Source of the DNA: a virus
Lineage: Duplodnaviria; Caudoviricetes
DNA: 64,000 bases
IMG/VR virus record: IMGVR_UViG_2905444465_000001
Span: 1-64,000 of that record
Strand: one strand, 5' to 3'
The translations under genes were made by a program, and so were the position numbers. Positions within the stretch are counted from its first letter, which is position 1, and each line of letters starts with the position of its first letter. Of this stretch, positions 7,923 through 17,665 are shown in pieces. The notes beneath the pieces were generated by a model. The model ran no database searches, was not told the origin of the DNA, and worked only from the letters and a program-made list of their open reading frames with translations.

Positions 7923-10405
7923 TTAATCGTACTCCTTAGATTTTCGCTCCAATCTTTCACCTTCATAGGTTCATCAAACCAGTATTCTTTCAATAAAGGT
8001 ATCAGCTCATATTCCACAACACCATAAAGCCAACTATCGTCAATTGTATCAGGCTGTAAATTACAGAAGTAGCTGTGACCAATACAGAACCCTTCGCCCA
8101 GAGATTCATCGACGGAAATCTCTCTATTCAAACTCTCGACGCAACTGATCAGTTTGTTGAACTTCTCATTATCTAATGCCATGCGATACTCACGGAACCC
8201 CGGAGTCTCAAACCCCGGCTTGATATCAAAGAAAGCAAACCTTCTACGAAGTGCATAATCCAGCATAGCCAGGCTTCTGTCTGCAGTATTCATCATGCCA
8301 ATAATATAGACATTCTTCGGCACTGCAAACTTTTCATCCGAATACAGAAGCTGTAGCGCATTTCCTCGCTTATCATTTTCAATCAGCATAAACAGCTCGC
8401 CAAAGATCTTACTCAGATTGCCACGATTGATTTCATCTATGATAAAGAAATACTCATTATCACTATCTACCTCGGCCTTCTTGCAGAAATTGTAGAATGC
8501 CCCCTTCTTCAGTTCAAATCCTGTAGCAGATGGACGAAAGCCCATAATAAAATCTTCATAGGAATAACTCTGATGGAACTGTACCATCATGACACGCTCT
8601 ACATCTTTTACACCCATCATAGAATAGGCCAAGCGCTTAGCAACATATGTTTTTCCTACTCCTGGTGCACCCTGCAAGATAATATTTTTCTTATTTCTAA
8701 GCAAACCAACTAATCTGGTATAATTATCTTCAGACATGTACACATCATCCAGGAAATTTTCTGCCGTGTACTCCGGATAGGCAATTTCCTGCTCATCATC
8801 TACAATATCGTCTTCCTCAAACAAAGCCTTAATTTCTTGTACGAAGTCCCTATATGGCGTAATATTGGTCAGAGCCTTCTGAGGGGACTGATGATTAATT
8901 GTCCAATCGCCCTTGTTCGTCCAATTTACTTTTCTAACATTGGAATATTCATCTGTGCGATCTGCATCATATTCATAATCAGACTCAACAATTCCTTTGC
9001 CAAGAATTCCATTATTGCCTTTTTTTACGTATACCACGTCGCCAATCTTAATATCATGTACAAACTGCCAAGTAGCATGAGCTGAATTCTTATAGGAACT
9101 GCTATCACCGTATTCTTTCTTCATCTGCTGTTTCATTTCATCCTTAGAGCTGAATACTCCAAGATCTCCAATCTCACCCCAGCCCAGTAGCATATAACCG
9201 TTCTTATAACACTCTTCCCATTTATCAGCGTTTTGTCCCGGAGCATAAATCCAGTAATGAACTGTATCGACATCACTATCTGCAAGAGCATCGCTATCAT
9301 TCGTTTTCTTACTCTTTGCATCAGAGACACCTTTTTTGAAAATATCAGATGCCATCTCCGCTGTTAATTCCACTGATTTGCCTGCTTCAGTAAGTGTCCA
9401 CACACCTCTTACGCTTTTATCAATATATCCCGCTCCAACGAGATAGTTTCTGGCGAAAGCAACTTCATTTTCAAATTTGTTAACCTTCGTTTTCCCTCTG
9501 GTTTCGCTTACTATCTCATCCGACAAATGCTCGTTTTCTATAATTTTCTTTCTCGCTTCTACCGGTGTCGCAGATCCTCCTAAATCGCGTAACGCCTGTA
9601 GCAATGGCATAAACCACTTAAGAAATTCCGCTTTCGAAGTCTTTTTATCTTTTTCAGCAGCCTTTTCCTGATTGACTTGCTCAGAGATCACCCAGGCCGT
9701 AAAGGATAAATCAGGAAAGTTCTTGTATTCATATTCACCTGCATCCAGAGCTTTCTTACACAAATCTTTTATTTCAAGATAATCTGCAGCATACGGCACT
9801 TTCTTAAGCTTCTTCTCGGCTGCGACAACAAACTCGCCAGGCATATTCTGGGCATCTGCTATAAACCAGCGATTTCTGGAATCCAAGTTGATAAATGTAT
9901 AAGGACGAATCCAATAAAGGCCCATCGTAATATTCCAGCGAATGCAAAGCTGATCATGCACCTTGTCATAAGCCTCGGAGAATTTCTGACGGTTATCTTC
10001 TGTGTCATTGTCAGCCAATGCAAGAGCTACCTCAAACAAACTCCACAAGTTATCAATATCATTTGCTTTTCTATCATCCTTAAATCCATAAAACGTAGCC
10101 TTCAGATTATTAAGAACCGGGATTCCATCAAAATTGCTCGGCACAGTTGCAGCAATTCCAAACTCTGACGCTATCCCGTTAAGAATAGCAATTCTATTAG
10201 CATTTGTTATTCCCTTGTTAAATGTGCCAAAGATGGTAAACGGATCAATATCAACAATCGCATCACCACTTTCAAGTTTCGGAACGCTAATTCCAACAGT
10301 GTCATACACCGCATATATTTTCTGAATAAGAGCCTTTCTATCAGTTTTGAAAGGAAGAAGCTTAGTAGCAAACTCTGTATAAAAATCTATCCAATCGTAT
10401 TGCAT
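7919..10405 (-). CDS. mcrB: McrB-family AAA+ GTPase with long multi-domain N-terminus (unknown domain, Mrr_N-like wHTH, EVE/PUA-like)
   Basis: GAPGVGKT, IIDEINRGN and MNTADRS in the C-terminal third; about 550 aa of extra N-terminal domains. Confidence 0.9.
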   Translation of the reverse strand: MQYDWIDFYTEFATKLLPFKTDRKALIQKIYAVYDTVGISVPKLESGDAIVDIDPFTIFGTFNKGITNANRIAILNGIASEFGIAATVPSNFDGIPVLNNLKATFYGFKDDRKANDIDNLWSLFEVALALADNDTEDNRQKFSEAYDKVHDQLCIRWNITMGLYWIRPYTFINLDSRNRWFIADAQNMPGEFVVAAEKKLKKVPYAADYLEIKDLCKKALDAGEYEYKNFPDLSFTAWVISEQVNQEKAAEKDKKTSKAEFLKWFMPLLQALRDLGGSATPVEARKKIIENEHLSDEIVSETRGKTKVNKFENEVAFARNYLVGAGYIDKSVRGVWTLTEAGKSVELTAEMASDIFKKGVSDAKSKKTNDSDALADSDVDTVHYWIYAPGQNADKWEECYKNGYMLLGWGEIGDLGVFSSKDEMKQQMKKEYGDSSSYKNSAHATWQFVHDIKIGDVVYVKKGNNGILGKGIVESDYEYDADRTDEYSNVRKVNWTNKGDWTINHQSPQKALTNITPYRDFVQEIKALFEEDDIVDDEQEIAYPEYTAENFLDDVYMSEDNYTRLVGLLRNKKNIILQGAPGVGKTYVAKRLAYSMMGVKDVERVMMVQFHQSYSYEDFIMGFRPSATGFELKKGAFYNFCKKAEVDSDNEYFFIIDEINRGNLSKIFGELFMLIENDKRGNALQLLYSDEKFAVPKNVYIIGMMNTADRSLAMLDYALRRRFAFFDIKPGFETPGFREYRMALDNEKFNKLISCVESLNREISVDESLGEGFCIGHSYFCNLQPDTIDDSWLYGVVEYELIPLLKEYWFDEPMKVKDWSENLRSTIK

Positions 10406-10654
10406 TTACATCACACCTCCATTACTTTTTCCTCCATACGAAACCAGCACTTCTGCCACCATACTCAGTTCCGTTTCAGATATGAATTGATAGAGTTCCT
10501 CTTCTTTCTATGTCTCTATATTATCTATCCAAAGCTCACACTGGCAAATTGCCGTTCTGATTGAGAAATCATAATTATACTGGTAAACAGGAATTATGAA
10601 ACGCGTCCTAAAGCCTTCCATTTATTCTATTAAACCATATTCTGAATCCGTCAT
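10406..10654 (-). pseudogene. Internally deleted DUF262 (GmrSD-like) relic
   Basis: One frame reads MTDSEYGLIE*MEGFRTRFIIPVYQYNYDF...YGGKSNGGVM*; FIIPVYQxNY is the DUF262 N-terminal motif; two internal stops; the final stop abuts the mcrB ATG. Confidence 0.6.
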
Positions 10655-10673
10655 TTCACATCAATCCATCCTC

Positions 10674-13229
10674 TTATTGAAGATCGGGATCGCTCCCCAG
10701 AGGAGTAATTCCGTTTTCTTTAAGCATTTCATTTATTTCATAAATTGAATTCTCTGCACAGGCTCCCATTACGCATTGATAAACGTATCCTTCGCCCTTC
10801 AATGAATTTAATTTAAAGTCCGTTTTACCAAGAAACATTTCAGCCTCCGGCAGTGGCAGCTTTAGTCCTACGCATAACGCCAGAACTGTCTGTACAGATG
10901 TTGGATACTCTTCATCATTTCTCAAACGCTGGATGGTCTTTTCTCCTACAAGCGAACGGTCTGCTAACTGTTTATTTGAGAGCTTTCTTTCTTTTTGTAA
11001 AGCTACCAGCGTTTCGGCAAAGGAACCGGGATATCTTCGCAGGGCTTCTGACCGGCGCTTGGCGTTCTGAATCTGGTCGAGTAGCGTTCGGTTATGCGCG
11101 TTTAGTTCAAAGGAATACTCAACCTGATTTTCAACAGGAGCGGCGTTCCGCATGAACTGCGTATAATACTTTGCCCCTTGATATTTCGATTGATAGCTAT
11201 ACCCCTTTGAGAAAACAACACAGCACTCATCCATGTGCGTGAGTGCATATTCTGACAGTGTCGCATTTCCGGCCTGATCCCTCGCTATATATTTCTCATT
11301 GTTAAGAACGAGGTGACGATCTGTAAAAACGAACTGGCCGCTGTCAATCAGTTTCTTAAACTCGCGGTCGAAACAATAAGCTTTAAACAAATCGGCATAA
11401 GGAATGGTGAATGTCTGATTCCTATCCAAGGCACCTGCTTCAAATGAATATCCACGAACATACTGACCATCCACAAACGGATATGCACCTTCGGCTTTGG
11501 AATACCCCAGATCCATCAAACGAACCTTTGCGGCCTGTCTTGACACATCGAACAGCTCCGCCAGTTCATCAATGACATTCTCATAGGCTGTAATGCTCGC
11601 ATCATCAACCCCTCCATAAGTTGCAAGAAGCTGATTTGCCTTCAAGCACGTCGTTTTTGCGGGCATCAAGATTTTCTGAGCAACGCCTTTGGCTTGCCAC
11701 TCCATCCAGTCTACAGCCTTCCATTTATTTGAATCAGTGTTGTTTGCAGCTATTTGGCACTGGATAGCCCTTCCAAGATTATCGTTAGCACCTATCATTT
11801 TCATCAACACATGATATGGCTGATGACGGTGCCAGTGAAAACACTCATGTGCCAGCGTAGTACGCTTTGTTCCTACAGATCTCTCATAGGAAACACGCGG
11901 ATCAAGGTATACAGTTCCGCGTTTAGCATTGCGAATTGTAATCTTCCGGTGCTTATCGAGAACATTACCGTTATCAAATATGATTGTCCCAAAATAAGTA
12001 AGATCATCCGATAGAGGTACATCCTCGATAACATGTAACTTCATATCGCTGGCTATCGTCTCGATTGGAACTCTCATCGGTTTATCCAACGCATCCGGAC
12101 AATACCTTGTCAGGAATTTTTCAGTCTCGTCTTCAAACTGGTCGCGAGAGATAATAGGTACAAGCTCTCCGGACAGGTGGTCATTATCAGATTCCTCTTG
12201 CGGCTCACAGTTACCAACAGACATGATTCGGAACCCGCTCATATCAATGCCAAGAGTGACCTGGCAATGAATCTTAAGCCAGCGCTCATTAAAATATCCC
12301 TTGTGAGAAGCGGACGGCATTTCGACATCGCATGATGCAATTACATCGAATGCAATCATGCCATCTTCTGGCTGTTCAATATGGATAACATTCTCGATTT
12401 CCATATCAACGACCGACAGCCTTTTCGTGTCACCAGAACGTTCCTCTTGAATATAAGCTATGGCCGCATCCCGTATATCGTCATAACGAGAGTGGTCGAT
12501 CAGTTTCTGCAGTGGGCTTTCATCCTGTGCTTCATAGTAATCCAGCCTGATGTCATTGAGTTCTTTACGAATTTCGCGCCAATTAGGCATGCACTTATCC
12601 ATGTGAGCGATAAATGTAGCGTCATGCTTTCTTGTGATTAAATGTGTAAGCTCATGTAAAATAATATAGTCAAGGCAGGCATACGGTTTCTGGGCGAGCT
12701 GCAGGTTGAACCACAGCTTCTTTTTACCCGTACTGCAGGCCCCCCATTTTGTAACCATATATTTTGTTTGCCAAGAATCACATTTAAGTCCTGTCTGCGC
12801 CTCCCACTTAGGCAGACGCTTTTCTATTTCTTCCTTCAGAATCTTTCGATATTCTTCTTTCACATAAGCATCTCGCTGTTTCACGGTACTCTTGGCACTC
12901 ATGGATAGAACAATATTTTGATTCTGAATCTCGAAACTGTTCTTTTGATTGTCAGGCTTAAAGATAAGAAAGTACTGCTTTCCCCATATATACATCGTCT
13001 CACCTGAAACATACTGCCGCTTCGATGCTCTTGGCTGATCCTGAAATTGCGCGATAGCCTTCTTGATAAAGCCCAGCTGAGTTCTGGCATAAGCCTCTAT
13101 AGCTTTATCGTCCACGGATAAAGGCGCAGAAATTACCACATGTCCATCCGGCGGCTTCACCTGAAGGTGCATATTTTTTATATTCTTTTTTTGCACATCA
13201 ATCGGGATGCCGGAAATGACAATGCGCAT
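10674..13229 (-). CDS. Fusion protein: YgjP/DUF45 (M48-like) metallopeptidase + ImmA/IrrE-like metallopeptidase + XRE HTH
   Basis: HELTH at about aa 192-196 in a YgjP-like N-terminus (KWGACS...FNLQL); HECFH at about aa 461-465 followed by EWQA...ILMP (IrrE/ImmA pattern); C-terminal HTH (LSNKQLADRSLVGEKTIQRL). Confidence 0.8.
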   Translation of the reverse strand: MRIVISGIPIDVQKKNIKNMHLQVKPPDGHVVISAPLSVDDKAIEAYARTQLGFIKKAIAQFQDQPRASKRQYVSGETMYIWGKQYFLIFKPDNQKNSFEIQNQNIVLSMSAKSTVKQRDAYVKEEYRKILKEEIEKRLPKWEAQTGLKCDSWQTKYMVTKWGACSTGKKKLWFNLQLAQKPYACLDYIILHELTHLITRKHDATFIAHMDKCMPNWREIRKELNDIRLDYYEAQDESPLQKLIDHSRYDDIRDAAIAYIQEERSGDTKRLSVVDMEIENVIHIEQPEDGMIAFDVIASCDVEMPSASHKGYFNERWLKIHCQVTLGIDMSGFRIMSVGNCEPQEESDNDHLSGELVPIISRDQFEDETEKFLTRYCPDALDKPMRVPIETIASDMKLHVIEDVPLSDDLTYFGTIIFDNGNVLDKHRKITIRNAKRGTVYLDPRVSYERSVGTKRTTLAHECFHWHRHQPYHVLMKMIGANDNLGRAIQCQIAANNTDSNKWKAVDWMEWQAKGVAQKILMPAKTTCLKANQLLATYGGVDDASITAYENVIDELAELFDVSRQAAKVRLMDLGYSKAEGAYPFVDGQYVRGYSFEAGALDRNQTFTIPYADLFKAYCFDREFKKLIDSGQFVFTDRHLVLNNEKYIARDQAGNATLSEYALTHMDECCVVFSKGYSYQSKYQGAKYYTQFMRNAAPVENQVEYSFELNAHNRTLLDQIQNAKRRSEALRRYPGSFAETLVALQKERKLSNKQLADRSLVGEKTIQRLRNDEEYPTSVQTVLALCVGLKLPLPEAEMFLGKTDFKLNSLKGEGYVYQCVMGACAENSIYEINEMLKENGITPLGSDPDLQ

Positions 13230-16200
13230 TAAAACTCCTCCTGCTTTTCAATGATCTTATAGATGCGCTCCACTTCAGAGTCATCACCCAAAATCTCATA
13301 GAGTGCTTTCTTTATTCTTCGTATTACTACCTGATTATCTCTGAACCCAAACAGTGCCTGCTTTTTCACAGCTTTGTGAATTCTGATAGCAAGTTCCTCA
13401 TCTTCTCCAGTGTTATCATAAATAGCCATGAGGGCTTTACTCTTGCGAATACTTTCCGAATATTTGTCGTTATCCTCTGGGCAATCAACATCCTTGGCCA
13501 GCTTTATATATTTCTCAAGCATCTCAGCGTAGTCAAGAACTCCCTGCTTACGCTCTTCAATGAGCTTATCAAGGATTTCTGACATCTTTGCATAATAGCG
13601 TGGATTGACTGTGACCTTTTCGATAACCTTCTTACGGATGTTATTCTCGATTGCCTCTGCTGCACCTTCCTTGTGGCCGCTATCACCTTCACCAGTAAGT
13701 GTCTCACCCTGCTTTGCTACGAAATCCAATAGGGTAAGATCATCAAAATCGCCAATCTTCTCGGCATCTGCGGCCGTAATGTAGTTATCGATCATCTTTC
13801 TCATATCAGGTTCATATGCCTTCAAATCAAGAAAGTCTCCACTGGCCGTACCGATAGTTTTCTTCAACTCGATGTAGAAAGTGACCTTCTTATCATATTC
13901 ATTCAATTTGCCAGATGAGATGTCATCAATCAGATATGGTTTTGCTTCCGCGAAGGCTCTGATAAGACTGCTCACAAGACGATAGAGTTTTTCTCTTAGG
14001 CGTGCATAAATCTCGTCGCTCTCCTCAGACTGTCCAGAAACGCCACAGAAATAATGAATGTACTGGATCTCTCCACAAGGTTCCTCGACGCCTTCACAGA
14101 GTTCCTCGACAGCATCATACACTTCCTCAAAATAGGATACCGTAGCATCATGGCGATCTTTGACAAGTCCTTTTACATCCTCCGGATCATATCCTTCAAA
14201 AGCGCCAGAAGTATAGTCCTTCATTGCAGTCTGGAGCTGTCCAAACAACTGCTTGTAATCCACGATATAGCCAAAGTCCTTAGTATCATCATCCAGACGA
14301 TTAACCCGGCAGATCGCCTGGAAAAGGCCGTGGTCTTGCATTCTTTTGTCAATATAGAGATAGGTGCATGGAGGCGCATCAAATCCAGTGAGAAGCTTGT
14401 CCACGACGATGAGGAGCTTCATATTCGCAGGCTCCTCTACGAATTTGCGCTTTGCTTCCTTTTCAAATTCCTCCACCTTGGCTTGAACCGATCCCGCATT
14501 CGGAAGATCAGATGAATCGAGTCCCAGCATCTTCAGATACGTCTCGTATTTAAGGAAGGTTTCGGTATCATCCTCGTCGCTGACGGTATCAGTTCGCAGT
14601 TCTCCCTTGTTCGGTGTATAGGAAGATATGATGGCGCACTTTTTAAAGCCCATCTGCTGGAAAATTTCATAATACTTACAGGCCGTAGGAATACCATCGG
14701 CTACAAGAATCGCATTGCCGTTTCCATCCATCAGACGCGGCTTCATATTAAAGTCCTGAATGATATCCCATGCCACCTTTTCAAGACGCGAGCGGGAGCT
14801 ATACACCTTCTGCATCGTGCCCCACTTCTCCTTGAGCTTTGCCTTTGCACGAGAGGAAAGGCCTCTGGTCTTTACGTCGAACCACTGGTCCACTCGATCC
14901 TGTGAAGACAAATCCTGTGGAACATCGCGGTATTCATAACGAAGATCCAGAACAACACCGTCGGCCACGCCTTCGTTATACTTGTAAGCGTGGATATATG
15001 TACCAAAAACCTCAATGCTGATCTTCTTATCCCTTTTCAGCAGTGGAGTGCCCGTAAAGCCTATAAATACAGCATTCGGCATGATGGTCTTCATTGCCGT
15101 ATGAAGCTTACCAGACTGTGTTCTGTGGCATTCGTCAACAAACACCACAAGATTTCCTTTTGCCTCGAAATTGGCAGGGAGGGACGCTTTCAGCTCTTCT
15201 ATGTACTTGTCATAGTCATTCTCTGTCGCTTCACCGCCACGACGTCCAAACTTATGCACCAGCGAGCAAATCAACGAATCATCATATACATTCAGGCGAT
15301 TCAGCAAATCCTTACCGCTCTTGGTTCGAGCAATATTCTCATCCACGCCAGTGAATGTTTTTTCTATCTGCTCATCAAGTTCATCTCGGTCTGTCACGAT
15401 AAGGACACGGGCATTAAGCTCTGCCCAATGTGTCAAAATCCACTTTGCAAGCCATACCATTGTCAGCGTTTTTCCGGAGCCCTGTGTATGCCAAAGGATA
15501 CCACCCAACGGTTTATCCGGTTCTCTGTTCGGATTGTGAAGCTCCGTTCTCAGATTAGTAAGCCTCTGCTGGGTACGCTTGATACCAAAATACTGATTGT
15601 ACCGGCATACTTTTTTGATGCCTTTATCAAAGACAACAAAATTCATGATAAGGTCAATAAAACGTTCCTTATCGAACATGGCATATATCTGCTTCAGGAG
15701 TTTATTCTCTATGCCTTCGCAGGTTTTACTGATACGGACATCGACCGGATCACGCTCTTCTTCATGTTCTTTGAATCCGTCATCCTTCCACTCCATATAA
15801 AACTTCTCTCCGGTCAGGAGCGTGCCATAGCGCAGGCCTTCTGATTCGTTTCCAGCTACGCAAAATTGCATTGTAGAAAAGAATCCCTGTATGAATGAAT
15901 TTTTCTGGTTTGTCAGATTCTGGCGGATGCCTTCTGAAACAGAGATACTGCTTCGCTTCAGCTCGATTACAGCAACAGCAACACCGTTCAGATAAACAAC
16001 AAGATCTGGTCTCTTTTCTGACTGCTCAACGACCGTCACTTCCTCAGCAATAGCAAAGTCATTGTTCAAAGGGTTTTCCTCATCAACAAGTTGCACAGTC
16101 ACCGAAGACTTTTCAGGACTCTCGCTCACCGGAATACCATACTTTAAACGAGAATATACAGTTTTGTTGGCGTCATATAACCCACGTGAGAGATTACCCG

Positions 16201-16408
16201 CTTCCTGTTGAAGCTTCGTAATGGCTCCGTCGATCAGCTTGTCGGCATAGCCCTTCAGTCGAAGGTACTGACGCAGGCGATCTTCTTTGATGTTTTTATT
16301 TTGATAATCTGACAGGTTACCAATATACTGGTAGCCCAAGATCTCCGGATCTTTAAAAAAGCGGATCACTCTTTCCTGTGTTTTGATTTCGGCATCGCCA
16401 ATACTCAT
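13229..16408 (-). CDS. hsdR: Type I restriction endonuclease subunit R
   Basis: RPDLVVYLNGVAVAVIELK nuclease motif, HTQGSGKT, DECHR, GFTGTP, LLTGFDAP, QAICRVNR. Confidence 0.96.
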   Translation of the reverse strand: MSIGDAEIKTQERVIRFFKDPEILGYQYIGNLSDYQNKNIKEDRLRQYLRLKGYADKLIDGAITKLQQEAGNLSRGLYDANKTVYSRLKYGIPVSESPEKSSVTVQLVDEENPLNNDFAIAEEVTVVEQSEKRPDLVVYLNGVAVAVIELKRSSISVSEGIRQNLTNQKNSFIQGFFSTMQFCVAGNESEGLRYGTLLTGEKFYMEWKDDGFKEHEEERDPVDVRISKTCEGIENKLLKQIYAMFDKERFIDLIMNFVVFDKGIKKVCRYNQYFGIKRTQQRLTNLRTELHNPNREPDKPLGGILWHTQGSGKTLTMVWLAKWILTHWAELNARVLIVTDRDELDEQIEKTFTGVDENIARTKSGKDLLNRLNVYDDSLICSLVHKFGRRGGEATENDYDKYIEELKASLPANFEAKGNLVVFVDECHRTQSGKLHTAMKTIMPNAVFIGFTGTPLLKRDKKISIEVFGTYIHAYKYNEGVADGVVLDLRYEYRDVPQDLSSQDRVDQWFDVKTRGLSSRAKAKLKEKWGTMQKVYSSRSRLEKVAWDIIQDFNMKPRLMDGNGNAILVADGIPTACKYYEIFQQMGFKKCAIISSYTPNKGELRTDTVSDEDDTETFLKYETYLKMLGLDSSDLPNAGSVQAKVEEFEKEAKRKFVEEPANMKLLIVVDKLLTGFDAPPCTYLYIDKRMQDHGLFQAICRVNRLDDDTKDFGYIVDYKQLFGQLQTAMKDYTSGAFEGYDPEDVKGLVKDRHDATVSYFEEVYDAVEELCEGVEEPCGEIQYIHYFCGVSGQSEESDEIYARLREKLYRLVSSLIRAFAEAKPYLIDDISSGKLNEYDKKVTFYIELKKTIGTASGDFLDLKAYEPDMRKMIDNYITAADAEKIGDFDDLTLLDFVAKQGETLTGEGDSGHKEGAAEAIENNIRKKVIEKVTVNPRYYAKMSEILDKLIEERKQGVLDYAEMLEKYIKLAKDVDCPEDNDKYSESIRKSKALMAIYDNTGEDEELAIRIHKAVKKQALFGFRDNQVVIRRIKKALYEILGDDSEVERIYKIIEKQEEF

Positions 16409-16423
16409 CTGACAGGCACCTCC

Positions 16424-17665
16424 TTACACTAATCTGACCTTGCCGGTCAGCAATTCATCCATCATACCTTGTTTTATTTTCTGATATTTCGATAGTTTTT
16501 CTTCGAGTTTATAGATATCCAAATCCATATCGAAAAGGATACCAGTAATAGCTTCTTGTTCTTCTGTAGTAGGCGGAACATACAAATCAAACTTCACAAG
16601 ATCCTTCTGATATAAGTGATTAATCGTTGATCCTGCCGACAACTGCTGAAGAAAATCTTTAAATACTGAAGATTCCAGCACATAAAACATGAAGTGCGCT
16701 GTATACGCATTAGTTATAGGCTTTACAACAAACACACCGCTGTTTAATGTTGCTGGCCTATCTAAATCTGATATATACGCAACTTTACCTATGGTACCAT
16801 CTTTTGTAAGAAGAAGATCGCCATTTGAGACTTGAATGTTCGGATCTTGCATGTATCTGCCATAATTCACATAATGACAGCCATTCCAATTGATACGCCC
16901 ATCTTTAAAATCCGTTCCTGTAATCAAATAAGCATAACCTTCATCCAAATATTCAGCTGTAGTTAATCCCTGCCAACCTATACGTGCTTTAAGCCTTGAG
17001 TTTTTTGCCAAATTAATCTTAACCCAATCTTCTGAGAAACCCTCCAGTCGTTTCTTTCCAGTTACAAGCATTTGCAATGTTCCTTGACGGATATCCTTCT
17101 TCTTCTGGATGAGTTTTTGTAAGTTTGAAATTGCTTCATCCATATCTGATAAAACAGACACTATTTCATTTTGTTCATCAAGATTTTCAGGATAGATGGC
17201 GCTAAGATTACTTACTATACCCACACTCAATCCATCCATTATCCCACCAACAGCCAGCCTTACTGTCTGATCGCTCAAATAATGATATTGATCAGAGAAA
17301 AGCTGAAGTAGATAGTTCGGATTAATCTTCTTTTCATCAATACGAAGCCTTATCAAGTGAGAATCCATTATTCCACACTGTATTGAATCTGGAACAATAG
17401 CACATTTTCCTATTGTTCCCATAGTGCTCATTACAAAATCACCCGGAATAATTTCACATGAGTTCAGGCGATTAAAGTGCTCTCTCGAAAGATACCTGTC
17501 ACCTAAGCTAAAATCATGATTGTATACATTTTCCTGTCCATATACCCGATATTGTCCATCGGACAAAAGTATTTCTTTTTTTAACTGACTTCCAAACGGG
17601 CCGATTTTGATTCCATTAGGTTTCAGTACATCCAATATCGGTTTTTCAACCCATCCCTTTACCAT
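16424..17665 (-). CDS. hsdS: Type I RM specificity subunit S
   Basis: Two TRD/conserved-region repeats (EQNEIVSVL...LQKLIQKK; EQEAITGIL...KQGMMDELLTGKVR). Confidence 0.95.
   Translation of the reverse strand: MVKGWVEKPILDVLKPNGIKIGPFGSQLKKEILLSDGQYRVYGQENVYNHDFSLGDRYLSREHFNRLNSCEIIPGDFVMSTMGTIGKCAIVPDSIQCGIMDSHLIRLRIDEKKINPNYLLQLFSDQYHYLSDQTVRLAVGGIMDGLSVGIVSNLSAIYPENLDEQNEIVSVLSDMDEAISNLQKLIQKKKDIRQGTLQMLVTGKKRLEGFSEDWVKINLAKNSRLKARIGWQGLTTAEYLDEGYAYLITGTDFKDGRINWNGCHYVNYGRYMQDPNIQVSNGDLLLTKDGTIGKVAYISDLDRPATLNSGVFVVKPITNAYTAHFMFYVLESSVFKDFLQQLSAGSTINHLYQKDLVKFDLYVPPTTEEQEAITGILFDMDLDIYKLEEKLSKYQKIKQGMMDELLTGKVRLV

Noticed and set aside
14990-15844. Long plus-strand ORFs opposite hsdR (also 43405-44598 opposite virB4, 23358-24125, 48605-49297)
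   Set aside because: They are antisense shadows of well-supported genes, with no motifs or RBS.
16424-17665. Phase-variable hsdS shuffling locus
   Set aside because: There is a single hsdS, with no silent partial copies, flanking inverted repeats or tyrosine invertase nearby.
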